A stretch of DNA of 64,000 nucleotides from Syntrophales bacterium (GTDB lineage: Bacteria > Desulfobacterota > Syntrophia > Syntrophales > PHBD01). This document shows, piece after piece, positions 28,402-37,163 of this stretch. The stretch spans positions 384,001-448,000 of the forward strand of contig OY764159.1 of NCBI GenBank assembly GCA_963668175.1. The letters run 5' to 3'. The position numbers were made by a program, and so were the translations under genes. The stretch's first letter is position 1. Each line of letters begins with the position of its first letter. Under the pieces are notes generated by a model. The model had not been told where the DNA came from. It saw only the letters and a list, made by a program, of their open reading frames with translations, and made no database searches.

Positions 28402-29154
28402 ATGGGAAAACGATCCATAAACATTGATTACCGGGACCGCATAGCGATCCTGCAAATGGACAAACCACCGGCCAATGCCATCGACCTCGCTTTTCTGAAG
28501 GATGCCGAAGACGTCCTGGCCGATCTGCATCGCCGGACGGATCTGAGGGCCGTCGTGATTACCGGGACGGGAAAGTGTTTCTGTGCCGGCGTGGACCTGA
28601 AGACCGTGCCTTTCTACAGCCAAAGCCAGCAGCGTGAAGCGGTCGCAGCCATGAATCAGATCACCGCCCATCTCTATTCACGGCCATACCCATTGATCGC
28701 CGCCGTCAACGGTCACGCTGTTGCGGCGGGATTCATGATCGTTCTCGCCTGCGATTACCGCATCGGGGCTGATTCCGAGTGCAAATTCGGTTTTACGGAA
28801 GTCCGCGCCGGGATTCCTTTCCCCGCCGCCACCATGGAAATCCTGAAGGCGGAATTGCCGGCGCATGTCGCACGAAGGCTTACGCTCACCGGAAAAACGA
28901 TTTCTCCGGCGGAAGCACTGACCTGCGGCATCTTCGACGAATTGAGGCCGGAGCCGGACGTTTTGCCGCGTGCTTTGGAAGTCGCAGTGGAATTGAGCGC
29001 CTCCCCGGCACATGCCTATGCTGCAATCAAAAAACAGTTGCGGGCGGAAACCTTTCAGCGCATCGATGGCATCATAGGTTCCGACCCGTTGCTCGCCTCC
29101 TGGCTCGTCGAAGAGACGAAGACGGCGTCCGGCAGGCTTCTGGCCGATAAATAA
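28402..29154 (+). CDS. Enoyl-CoA hydratase/isomerase family protein
   Basis: FCAGVDL, AAVNGHAVAAG, CDYR, GFTEVRAG; start re-called at ATG 28402 (GAGGTG SD). Confidence 0.9.
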   Translation: MGKRSINIDYRDRIAILQMDKPPANAIDLAFLKDAEDVLADLHRRTDLRAVVITGTGKCFCAGVDLKTVPFYSQSQQREAVAAMNQITAHLYSRPYPLIAAVNGHAVAAGFMIVLACDYRIGADSECKFGFTEVRAGIPFPAATMEILKAELPAHVARRLTLTGKTISPAEALTCGIFDELRPEPDVLPRALEVAVELSASPAHAYAAIKKQLRAETFQRIDGIIGSDPLLASWLVEETKTASGRLLADK

Positions 29155-29173
29155 ATTCATAAAATACCTATCT

Positions 29174-30517
29174 TTGGATAACGCAGCGATGATGATCGAT
29201 CGGGAACCGCAAATCAGCGTGGGGCTCATGGAACGGCAGCCGCGTATCAAAGGCCGATTGAACGGAATCTTTCATACGGATCGGGGCCTGCAATTTACCG
29301 GCGATTTTCAAGTTCATGCCTCCCAGGGAAGCGTTGTCCTGTCACTGGCATCGGGCCAGGAGATCAAAGGCCCGCAAAAGATCGCTCTGACTGTAAGCGG
29401 AAAAGCATCCTTCATGCTTGCCGGGGTCACGATCGGTATCGATTTCCATTGGCAGCAGAAGGAGAATCTCGAATACCGGGGCAACCTAAAAATTCTCGCC
29501 CATGAAGACGATACCGTGACGGTCGTCAATGAAATCCTCCTCGAAGACTATCTGGCCAGCGTAATCTCCTCGGAAATGAGCGAATCCGCCCCCCTGGAGT
29601 TTCTGAAGGCCCATGCCATCATGTCGCGGAGTTGGCTTGCTGCCATGCTGCTGAAAAGAGAGGCCTCCGTGGAAGAATCGGGGTCGTCGATGCCCTCGCC
29701 GGACGAAATCGTCCGCTGGTACAGCCGGGAAGACCACCGTCATTTCGATGTCTGCTCCGACGATCATTGCCAAAGGTATCAGGGTATTACCAGGTCCGCA
29801 TCCGGTCGTCCGGCTGAAGCCGCAGCGGAAACGCGGGGCCGCTTTCTCGTCTTTGAAGGAAAAATTTGCGATGCGCGCTATTACAAGGCTTGCGGCGGAT
29901 TGACGGAAAACTTTGAAACCGCTTGGGAAGACAAACACATTCCATACCTTACATCCATAGCCGACAGCCCTGTCCGGCACAAGCCGATAAGGACGGAAGA
30001 AGAAGCACGGGACTGGTTTCTATCCTCGCCGGAAGCCTACTGCCATGTTACCGACACCGCCGTTCTCTGCCAGGTGCTTCCGGCATTCGATCAATCCACG
30101 GGAGATTTCTTCCGCTGGCAGGTGGTTTATGTCAGGGCGGACCTGGAAAAGATCCTCAGGGATAAATCGGGAATCGACTTCGGCACACTGACCGATCTCG
30201 TTCCTCTCTCCCGGGGACCATCCGGCCGGATAGTCCGGCTTAAGATCAAGGGCACGAAACGAACGGTTGTTGTCGGGAAGGAACTGGAAATCCGGCGCTG
30301 GCTGTCTCCAAGCCATCTCCTCAGCAGCGCCTTCATTGTTCGTACGGAACGGGACACTGCGGGCGTTCCGGAACGTTTCATCCTGATAGGCGGCGGCTGG
30401 GGGCACGGTGTGGGCTTGTGCCAGATCGGCGCCGCCGTGATGGCGCTCAAAGGATTCTCCGCGGAAGAGATTCTCGCTCATTATTTCATGAATACGGGGA
30501 TTGAGAAGCTGTATTGA
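29174..30517 (+). CDS. SpoIID/LytB domain protein (lytic transglycosylase-like)
   Basis: LEDYLASVISSEM, LKAHA..SRS, CQRYQG, GWGHGVGLCQIGA. Confidence 0.9.
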   Translation: MDNAAMMIDREPQISVGLMERQPRIKGRLNGIFHTDRGLQFTGDFQVHASQGSVVLSLASGQEIKGPQKIALTVSGKASFMLAGVTIGIDFHWQQKENLEYRGNLKILAHEDDTVTVVNEILLEDYLASVISSEMSESAPLEFLKAHAIMSRSWLAAMLLKREASVEESGSSMPSPDEIVRWYSREDHRHFDVCSDDHCQRYQGITRSASGRPAEAAAETRGRFLVFEGKICDARYYKACGGLTENFETAWEDKHIPYLTSIADSPVRHKPIRTEEEARDWFLSSPEAYCHVTDTAVLCQVLPAFDQSTGDFFRWQVVYVRADLEKILRDKSGIDFGTLTDLVPLSRGPSGRIVRLKIKGTKRTVVVGKELEIRRWLSPSHLLSSAFIVRTERDTAGVPERFILIGGGWGHGVGLCQIGAAVMALKGFSAEEILAHYFMNTGIEKLY

Positions 30518-30637
30518 GCCTTCGCGCGGAGGCCCTCGAAAGAAGGAATATTACGGGACATTCCATAGCCCCGCTTTTTCATCTTGACTTTTGGGCCGTT
30601 ATTATCTAAAAGGCGCTTTTTGTGTGGCCTGATTTGT

Positions 30638-30711
30638 TGGGGGATCGTCTAGCGGTAGGACATGGGACTCTGGATCCTAGTACCGAGGTTCGAATCCTTG
30701 TCCCCCAGCCA
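30638..30711 (+). tRNA. tRNA-Gln (CTG)
   Basis: Acceptor stem TGGGGGA/TCCCCCA, anticodon loop CT-CTG-GA, GGTTCGAATCC T-arm, encoded CCA. Confidence 0.96.
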
Positions 30712-30713
30712 TA

Positions 30714-30788
30714 GGTCCCATCGTCTAGTGGTCAGGACGCTGGCCTCTCACGCCGGAAACTCGGGTTCAAGTCCCGGTGGGACCACCA
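30714..30788 (+). tRNA. tRNA-Glu (CTC)
   Basis: Acceptor stem GGTCCCA/TGGGACC, anticodon loop CT-CTC-AC, GGTTCAAGTCC T-arm, encoded CCA. Confidence 0.96.
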
Positions 30789-30796
30789 AAAGACAT

Positions 30797-30832
30797 CAAA
30801 GGGTTAAGCTTCAGCTTGACCCTTTGTTTTTT
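30797..30832 (+). terminator. Intrinsic terminator after the tRNA pair
   Basis: CAAAGGGTTAAGC-TTCA-GCTTGACCCTTTG followed by TTTTTT. Confidence 0.85.
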
Positions 30833-30976
30833 CAATCTACGTTTATTCTTCGACACCTTCTTTGCGTTTCTGCAATGAAACACCGACGATATACAGTCAA
30901 GAATATATCATCTGTGCCGTTTACCGCGGATCGTCCATTCGGATGGCTGCAAACAGGCTGACCTTGGCAGAAGGCG

Positions 30977-31738
30977 TCAATCTCGGCGAGGCATGTCTCG
31001 CTTCTCGCACTTGCCAAAAACGATGAGGCTTTCGCTTTCGCGACGGTCTATTGCATAGCCGCAATAGCCATCCGCAATGATTTCAAGGAGCCGTGGCGCA
31101 TCTGCACCGGATACGGCGATGCTGTCCGACGAAGAGGCGAGAAGGGGATTTTCACAATCCTGAAAACAGAGCAGGCGGTACATACCCAGCCGGTTGATGA
31201 TTAACCGAACGGCCAACATCCCCAAAGAAAACGGAAAATTCAAGGAGGCATAATTCTTGGGCGAATGCAGAGAGCAAAGGTAGCGAGGCGGCGGATTGAA
31301 CAAACGGGCCCTTTCAAGGAGGGCCGGCGCCATGATTTTCATGACCGAATTGCCGCCTCCCTGCAGATAGGGATGCAGCGCCGAATGGCGAAAACGAACG
31401 ACCCGGGGAATCTCGTCGTGAGGCAGGGCGGCCGACTGTTCGAGATTCAATTCGTCATTTCGCCCTATGTCCCAGTGCACCCAGTGCAGGGACATGTACC
31501 CGCACAACTCTTTTCCCATGAACAATCCGACCGTTATGCCTTCGGAACCGAGGTCACGGGCCACGGCTTCGGCATTGCTGGGGGCAAAGAGATCCCTGTC
31601 CGGCAAGACCGCCAGGACTTTCTCCTGAAGGTCCAGCATGGCGGAGACATGGCTTTCGTCCAGAAATGCCAGGTTATAGGCATGTTTCCGTCCATCCGAC
31701 GGGGAGCGAAGAAAACCTGTATTCATCATGTTCTCCAT
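30977..31738 (-). CDS. GNAT-like hypothetical protein
   Basis: ALHPYLQGGG resembles a degenerate acetyl-CoA motif A; HSPKNYASL resembles motif B; GGAG SD. Confidence 0.65.
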   Translation of the reverse strand: MENMMNTGFLRSPSDGRKHAYNLAFLDESHVSAMLDLQEKVLAVLPDRDLFAPSNAEAVARDLGSEGITVGLFMGKELCGYMSLHWVHWDIGRNDELNLEQSAALPHDEIPRVVRFRHSALHPYLQGGGNSVMKIMAPALLERARLFNPPPRYLCSLHSPKNYASLNFPFSLGMLAVRLIINRLGMYRLLCFQDCENPLLASSSDSIAVSGADAPRLLEIIADGYCGYAIDRRESESLIVFGKCEKRDMPRRD

Positions 31739-31842
31739 TTAGATCCGGTCAGTCTTCATTTTTTTATGATATCGTTTGTCTTGCCTGTCCGCCATATATT
31801 TTAATCTCCGCTCTTGCGGGAAAGTGCGGCGTAACAGCACTT

Positions 31843-34224
31843 TCAGTTGCCGTTATTCCGACCGGCTGCTGCTCCCCGACGGGCACCGAGCAGAAAAAAC
31901 ATCAAGCAGGCCAGATATGCAGCGCCAACCCAGCCGACGCCCGACGTCGTTCCTGAGATCATGATCCAGCTGAAAACGAGGGGACCCGACGTCTCGCCGA
32001 TCTTCCGAACCGCCCTGTAGATACCGAGGCTTTTCGCATTGCCGTAGTCGCGGGTCGCATCCAGCGACAGCAGGTAGGCATTCTGCGACCCGGTACCGAC
32101 CGTATCGGCCAGGCCGATCATCAAGACAGTCAGAAAAGCGGCGAGGACACTTCCCTGCCAGGAAAAGATGAATAGCCCGCCGACACACAAGATACCGCCG
32201 GCAAACACCACAAGGTATGTCCGCCGGATTTTGGGAAGCATCCGGCTGAACAGCGGCTGCAGCAATACGAAGCAGACCGCATATATCATGAAGGCCCGGC
32301 CGATGTTGGCCGTGGACAAGCCCTGGCCGCTGCCGAAGAGGGGAAAGTAATAATAGATAAATCCGATCCGGCAAAGCATGGCGGGAATGGCAATCATAAG
32401 GAGAAAGACGGCCACTTCGCGGCCTCCCAGATAATGCTTGAGCGTCGCTTTCTCCGGACGGGATGTCTGCGTAACGCCATTCTGTGCCGACGACGTGCCG
32501 CCGTCATCCTTGCCCAGATAGAACACAAAAAGGAAAGGAACGATCATGCCTGAACCGGCAATCAGAAAAGTCGTCGCGAATCCAATATGATCGGCAATCA
32601 TGGCCCCCAAGGCCACACCGCAGGCGCTGCCGGCGAACATGCCGGCGAAAAACTGCGGAAATCTAGACACTTTAGGGGTATCCGGCAAACTGACTGCTAT
32701 GTAGGATTCGATGGCCGTCAGGCAAATACCGAAACCGATGCCGACAACGGCCCGGGAGGCGATGAAGGAGAGCGGTCCCTGCGCCAGTCCGGAGAAGAGG
32801 GAACCGACCAAAACGGTCAGCAGGGCGGCCAAAAGAGGAGAACGCCAGCCCCGGCGATCGATATAAAAGCCGGAGGCAAAGGCGGCGATGCCGACACAAA
32901 ACACCTCCACGGAAACAGGCAGTCCCAGGACGAGTTTTTCCGGAAAATCCAAAAGGGGCTGATAAATCTTTTGCATCTGGATGGGAATGAAGGAAATCGT
33001 CATATGATAGAAGAAGTAGCAGAGAAAAATGGTCGGACGGGCAATATCGATGTCGAAGTGTCGCACTGCTTCGTGCGCCCATCGGGCGAATTTCTCCGAA
33101 CCGGCGACCGACCGGCTGAAAATAAGATAGAATCCCAAGAGTTCTATGGCAAAGAATATTGAGGTGATGAGCGCCGTCAGAAGGTCCAGGGCAACATCTC
33201 TTATCCGCGCGGCGATCCTCCCCTCTGCCAGGACGATATTCAGATATCCACCCCGCCCGTCACCGTCGCGGCTCAGAGGCGTCGAATAAACGGCATGTAG
33301 GCCGCTTCTGCCGGGACTGCTGTCGTAAAGGATCTTCCCCTTATCGTCGCTTATGAACAGGGTTTCGACTTCGGGAATCGATTTTACAACCCGGCCCATC
33401 CATGCATCCACGCGATACAACTCGTCGTAACGAACCCCTTTCTGCAATACGCCGCTGATTTCTCGTTTAACGATGTCTGCAACTGTGATGCTGTTCTCTT
33501 TGACGATATCGCGGTACGCCTGCTGAAAAAGGTTCAGATTGATCAACAGATATGCGGCTTGCGACACGATAATGAGGCCGAGCACTATGCCCAGGAGCCA
33601 TTTCATCTTCATGGGCCGCTCGCGCCGAATCCGTACGCGAATGAAGAGCAGCGTCAGAACGAACACGGCGCAGCACAGGACGACCAAAAAATATCGCAGG
33701 GACTGTCGGGCAAAACCTTCGACCTTCCTGTCGACGACAAAACTGCTGAAGGTCAGATTCATGAAACCCACCGTATGGCCATCCCGGTCGTGCATGGGCA
33801 AGAAGAGATGGTAATGGTTTCCGGTACGCACCAAATGGTTTTTTTGAAAAGCGATTTCGGAAAAAAGATCGGACCCGAGCCGCTCGTCGGCGACCCTGCC
33901 CTGCAGATTGTACAGGACTTTCCCTTCAATATTCACGATCCTCACATCGGCCAGGGACGGCGCATTTTTAATGACCTTATCCATGATTTCGGACATGCCG
34001 TAAAATTGGTTCAAGCGCTTCCCGTACTTCAAGGCATATTCGATTTCTATTCCCGGTTCGCTGCCGGCGGCGGTATAACCGGTCACCAGGGTATTGACGT
34101 AAGCTTTCTTGAGGGCGGCCGAACTCAGCCAGGCATTGAAGATCAACGCTGACACCAGGAGTACGAGGCAGACAAGAAGGGTGAGTATCTGTATCTTCTG
34201 GGCGGCAAAAGGACGCTGGGTCAT
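31843..34224 (-). CDS. MFS transporter fused to two N-terminal extracytoplasmic sensor-like domains
   Basis: C-terminal 12-TM MFS (GFYIDRRGWR motif A, SRAVVGIG); N-terminal half has two similar TM-flanked soluble domains ending EGKVLY and KGKILY. Confidence 0.85.
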   Translation of the reverse strand: MTQRPFAAQKIQILTLLVCLVLLVSALIFNAWLSSAALKKAYVNTLVTGYTAAGSEPGIEIEYALKYGKRLNQFYGMSEIMDKVIKNAPSLADVRIVNIEGKVLYNLQGRVADERLGSDLFSEIAFQKNHLVRTGNHYHLFLPMHDRDGHTVGFMNLTFSSFVVDRKVEGFARQSLRYFLVVLCCAVFVLTLLFIRVRIRRERPMKMKWLLGIVLGLIIVSQAAYLLINLNLFQQAYRDIVKENSITVADIVKREISGVLQKGVRYDELYRVDAWMGRVVKSIPEVETLFISDDKGKILYDSSPGRSGLHAVYSTPLSRDGDGRGGYLNIVLAEGRIAARIRDVALDLLTALITSIFFAIELLGFYLIFSRSVAGSEKFARWAHEAVRHFDIDIARPTIFLCYFFYHMTISFIPIQMQKIYQPLLDFPEKLVLGLPVSVEVFCVGIAAFASGFYIDRRGWRSPLLAALLTVLVGSLFSGLAQGPLSFIASRAVVGIGFGICLTAIESYIAVSLPDTPKVSRFPQFFAGMFAGSACGVALGAMIADHIGFATTFLIAGSGMIVPFLFVFYLGKDDGGTSSAQNGVTQTSRPEKATLKHYLGGREVAVFLLMIAIPAMLCRIGFIYYYFPLFGSGQGLSTANIGRAFMIYAVCFVLLQPLFSRMLPKIRRTYLVVFAGGILCVGGLFIFSWQGSVLAAFLTVLMIGLADTVGTGSQNAYLLSLDATRDYGNAKSLGIYRAVRKIGETSGPLVFSWIMISGTTSGVGWVGAAYLACLMFFLLGARRGAAAGRNNGN

Positions 34225-35450
34225 CGCGCCTCACCTTTTGCACTGTAAATATCGTCGGCAACCAACAGGATATCGAACGGCGGGCGGTATCCTATTTTTC
34301 TTCCTACATCCATATTCAGCATTATCCTCGGCGGGTGCTCGTAAATGCAGGGAATACGGCGCGGTTTATCGCCGTGAAAGACCTTCGCGACAGACTCGGC
34401 TGCGAAGCGTCCGAAACCTTTCAGATCGGTCCCGTCGGATACGCTCATCAGGGCACCGTATTTAACCTCAATTCCCATCTGGGTAAAGATCGGGATGTTG
34501 CGCTCATAGAAAGGTTTCAATAAATAGGGCAGCCGTTCGTATTTACGGGCGGCATATATCGTCATATAGAAGGCGTCGATCTGACCGGCTAGTTCGGTAT
34601 AGAGCCTGAGCAATTCTTTTTCGAATATTGCCTGGTTGTCTCTATTTTCCGCCATGTTGCGGGCAATAATTTCAAAATTCCGTTCCTTCGCAACTTCGCG
34701 GACCTGTTCGAGCCCGGCAAAAGAGCGTCCCAGAATCGTATCTTCGTAAACCATACCGAGTTTCTTGAAACGGAAAATATCGTGAAAGACTTCGATATGT
34801 CTACGCTGCCGGGTGGGATAGAGATGCGCCCATACGTGGTCCCGGCCCGAATCGTCGACGGATTTTATGACCCCGGCGGCAATGGGGTCGGTGGTGGAAA
34901 AGATCATGATGGGAGTGCGATGTCGATCGTTGGCCAGGCTCTGGGCGGCTTTGGTGCCCATCGTGATGATCATATCGATATCTTTGCGTTTATTGGCGCG
35001 TTCGATGATCTGGTCGGCTTTCTTCTGGCACTCCTTGGCATTGCTCCCGTCCGTATAGTAATAGCCGTCGGCGAGGAATTCGATATAGGGACTGTTTTCT
35101 GGATGGGCCGCAAGCCATTTCCACATGGGTCCGGTATCCGTCTGGTCGGCTTTGGGCCAGGGAAAGGAGTAGTCCAGCCGTATCCAGCCGAGTTCCTGCA
35201 ACCCGTATACGATCGACTGGAAATTCCAGGGATGGTTAACCGATTTTCTCATCCCGCAGTATGCCATGCGCCATTTTTTCCCGTTGTGTAAAACAGGCAG
35301 CAGGGACTGGTCCTGGCTTGTTGCCCAAACCCATCCCGGACATAAAGTGAGTAAAAAAGCCGTCAGAATAACGGCTGCACATTGTCTGATGAAGGTGACG
35401 TTCATCATCCGCATTAAAACGATGAACTGAATGGCGACATGTTTCCTCAT
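34221..35450 (-). CDS. Periplasmic substrate-binding protein (ABC_sub_bind-like); true start possibly near 35412
   Basis: Signal peptide, IITMGTKAA, TTDPIAAGVI, VKYGALMS, IMLNMDVGRKIG; stop overlaps the MFS start. Confidence 0.8.
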   Translation of the reverse strand: MRKHVAIQFIVLMRMMNVTFIRQCAAVILTAFLLTLCPGWVWATSQDQSLLPVLHNGKKWRMAYCGMRKSVNHPWNFQSIVYGLQELGWIRLDYSFPWPKADQTDTGPMWKWLAAHPENSPYIEFLADGYYYTDGSNAKECQKKADQIIERANKRKDIDMIITMGTKAAQSLANDRHRTPIMIFSTTDPIAAGVIKSVDDSGRDHVWAHLYPTRQRRHIEVFHDIFRFKKLGMVYEDTILGRSFAGLEQVREVAKERNFEIIARNMAENRDNQAIFEKELLRLYTELAGQIDAFYMTIYAARKYERLPYLLKPFYERNIPIFTQMGIEVKYGALMSVSDGTDLKGFGRFAAESVAKVFHGDKPRRIPCIYEHPPRIMLNMDVGRKIGYRPPFDILLVADDIYSAKGEAR

Positions 35451-36805
35451 GGTCGGATACCGGAACCGTGATATTTCAGTACCAGCATCGTTATATCATC
35501 GGCCTGGTAAGCGCCGTCAGCAAAGATATCGACCTCGGACTTTACGGCGCTCATGACATTTTCAGCCTTTTCGCCCGCAGAGCGGGCAAGCACGCCCTCG
35601 AGTCTGGCTTCTCCAAAGAGTTCGTTGCTGCGGTTCATGGCTTCCGTGACACCGTCCGTATAGAGGACCACCGTCTCGCCGGGTCGAATCGTCAAGGAAT
35701 CCGATATATAAGGTGCATCTTCCATTATGCCCAACGCCAAGCCGTTCCCTCCCGAGATGGGTTCCAGAACGCCCCCGCTCCGGCAAAGATAGGGGAGATT
35801 GTGTCCTGCGTTTGTATACCGCAACTCGCCGCTGCGGATGTTCAGAATACCGAGAAAGAGCGTAACAAACATGGATGCTTCGTTTTCCTGAGCCAATTCT
35901 TTGTTGACGCGTTCCAGAATGCGCTCCGGGCTCAGCTCGGAACCGGCATGGGTTCTGAGCAGCATCCTGGTGCTGGCCATGAACATGGCCGCGGGTGCAC
36001 CCTTTCCGGCGACGTCACCAATGACGATATAGAATTGATCCGGACCGACGAAGAAGAAGTCATAGAGATCGCCGCCTACTTCCCGCGCCGGTTGCAGCAT
36101 CGCCCAGACATCGAATTCCTTGATGTCCGGAAACGGCGGGAAGGTCCTGGGAATCAGGGAAAGCTGGATATCCCGTGCGAGATTCAACTCCCCCTCCATC
36201 CGCTCCTTCTCGGCCTGGTTTCGCTGTTCTTCGACCAGCTTGTTGATTAGAAAAATGAAAAGGCCGACGGCTATACCATGACCGATGACGGTGGGCAGCG
36301 CCACCGATTTCTGGATGGCAAGGGCCTTTTCGAAATCCGGAGACGTGGCAAGAGAAATGCCGCGAGCGGCTATTTCATAAATAACGGTAAAAATGACAGC
36401 TTCCGGCGTTCGCGGCGCCCTGCCCCGTTGATACATGTAATAAAGGCCCGCCAGAAGTCCGGGCAAGAAGGTGATGATCGTCGAAGGAATGACCTGTTGC
36501 CCGCCGATGCAGTACCGATAAATGCCCATGACGATTCCGGTCCCGATGCCGACGACCGGTCCGGCCACCAATCCCCCTACAATCTGCCCCGTATGGGTTA
36601 AAGCCAGGAGACCTCCGGCGACCGGGACGCGGTTCATGATGCCGTATATCGAGAAGGAGGAGAAGATGGCGATGAGAAGCAGATTGATCGAGAATCGCCT
36701 TTTCGTGTTCAGTATATGCGTATAAAAAGGAGAGTATACAAGGATAAAGGCCACAACGGCGGTGACGCAGGCGACGTTTAAGACATTGATGAGCAACTCA
36801 TCCAC
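35447..36805 (-). CDS. LytS/YhcK-type membrane sensor fused to a SpoIIE/RsbU PP2C phosphatase
   Basis: GGLVAGPVVGIGTGIVMGIYR (5TM-5TMR_LYT); VGGDLYD, GDVAGKG, NAGHN, YTDGVTEA, DDIT; GTG start with a GAGGAG SD. Confidence 0.9.
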   Translation of the reverse strand: MDELLINVLNVACVTAVVAFILVYSPFYTHILNTKRRFSINLLLIAIFSSFSIYGIMNRVPVAGGLLALTHTGQIVGGLVAGPVVGIGTGIVMGIYRYCIGGQQVIPSTIITFLPGLLAGLYYMYQRGRAPRTPEAVIFTVIYEIAARGISLATSPDFEKALAIQKSVALPTVIGHGIAVGLFIFLINKLVEEQRNQAEKERMEGELNLARDIQLSLIPRTFPPFPDIKEFDVWAMLQPAREVGGDLYDFFFVGPDQFYIVIGDVAGKGAPAAMFMASTRMLLRTHAGSELSPERILERVNKELAQENEASMFVTLFLGILNIRSGELRYTNAGHNLPYLCRSGGVLEPISGGNGLALGIMEDAPYISDSLTIRPGETVVLYTDGVTEAMNRSNELFGEARLEGVLARSAGEKAENVMSAVKSEVDIFADGAYQADDITMLVLKYHGSGIRP

Positions 36806-37163
36806 GGTAATCCACTCCTCGAAGTCATTGCTTGCAGGCCTTGCCAATGCCTGGGACATAGCAAATGCATGATGTTATGTCCATATAAACCATGCTGATT
36901 GATGAACTTTTCGCTGAACGAATCATATCGTCGTCGCACCAGTCGCAGGCGCTTTCGCCGCTTCGAACGAGTCAAATTCCCAAATGACAAAAGACGCATG
37001 TACTCCGGCGAATGACGGATATTATCTTTAAGACTTCAAAAAGACAAATATTCCTTTCTTTCCAGGCTGTACATTCTGGTGAATATAATGTGATTATGCT
37101 AGATATTACGATGATGGAAAGTTAGCGTCACAATATCTGTATGTATGACCATGAGGCATCATC

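Noticed and set aside
30662..30961. 99-aa ORF in the track
   Set aside because: It reads through tRNA-Gln, tRNA-Glu and their terminator, so it is not a protein gene.
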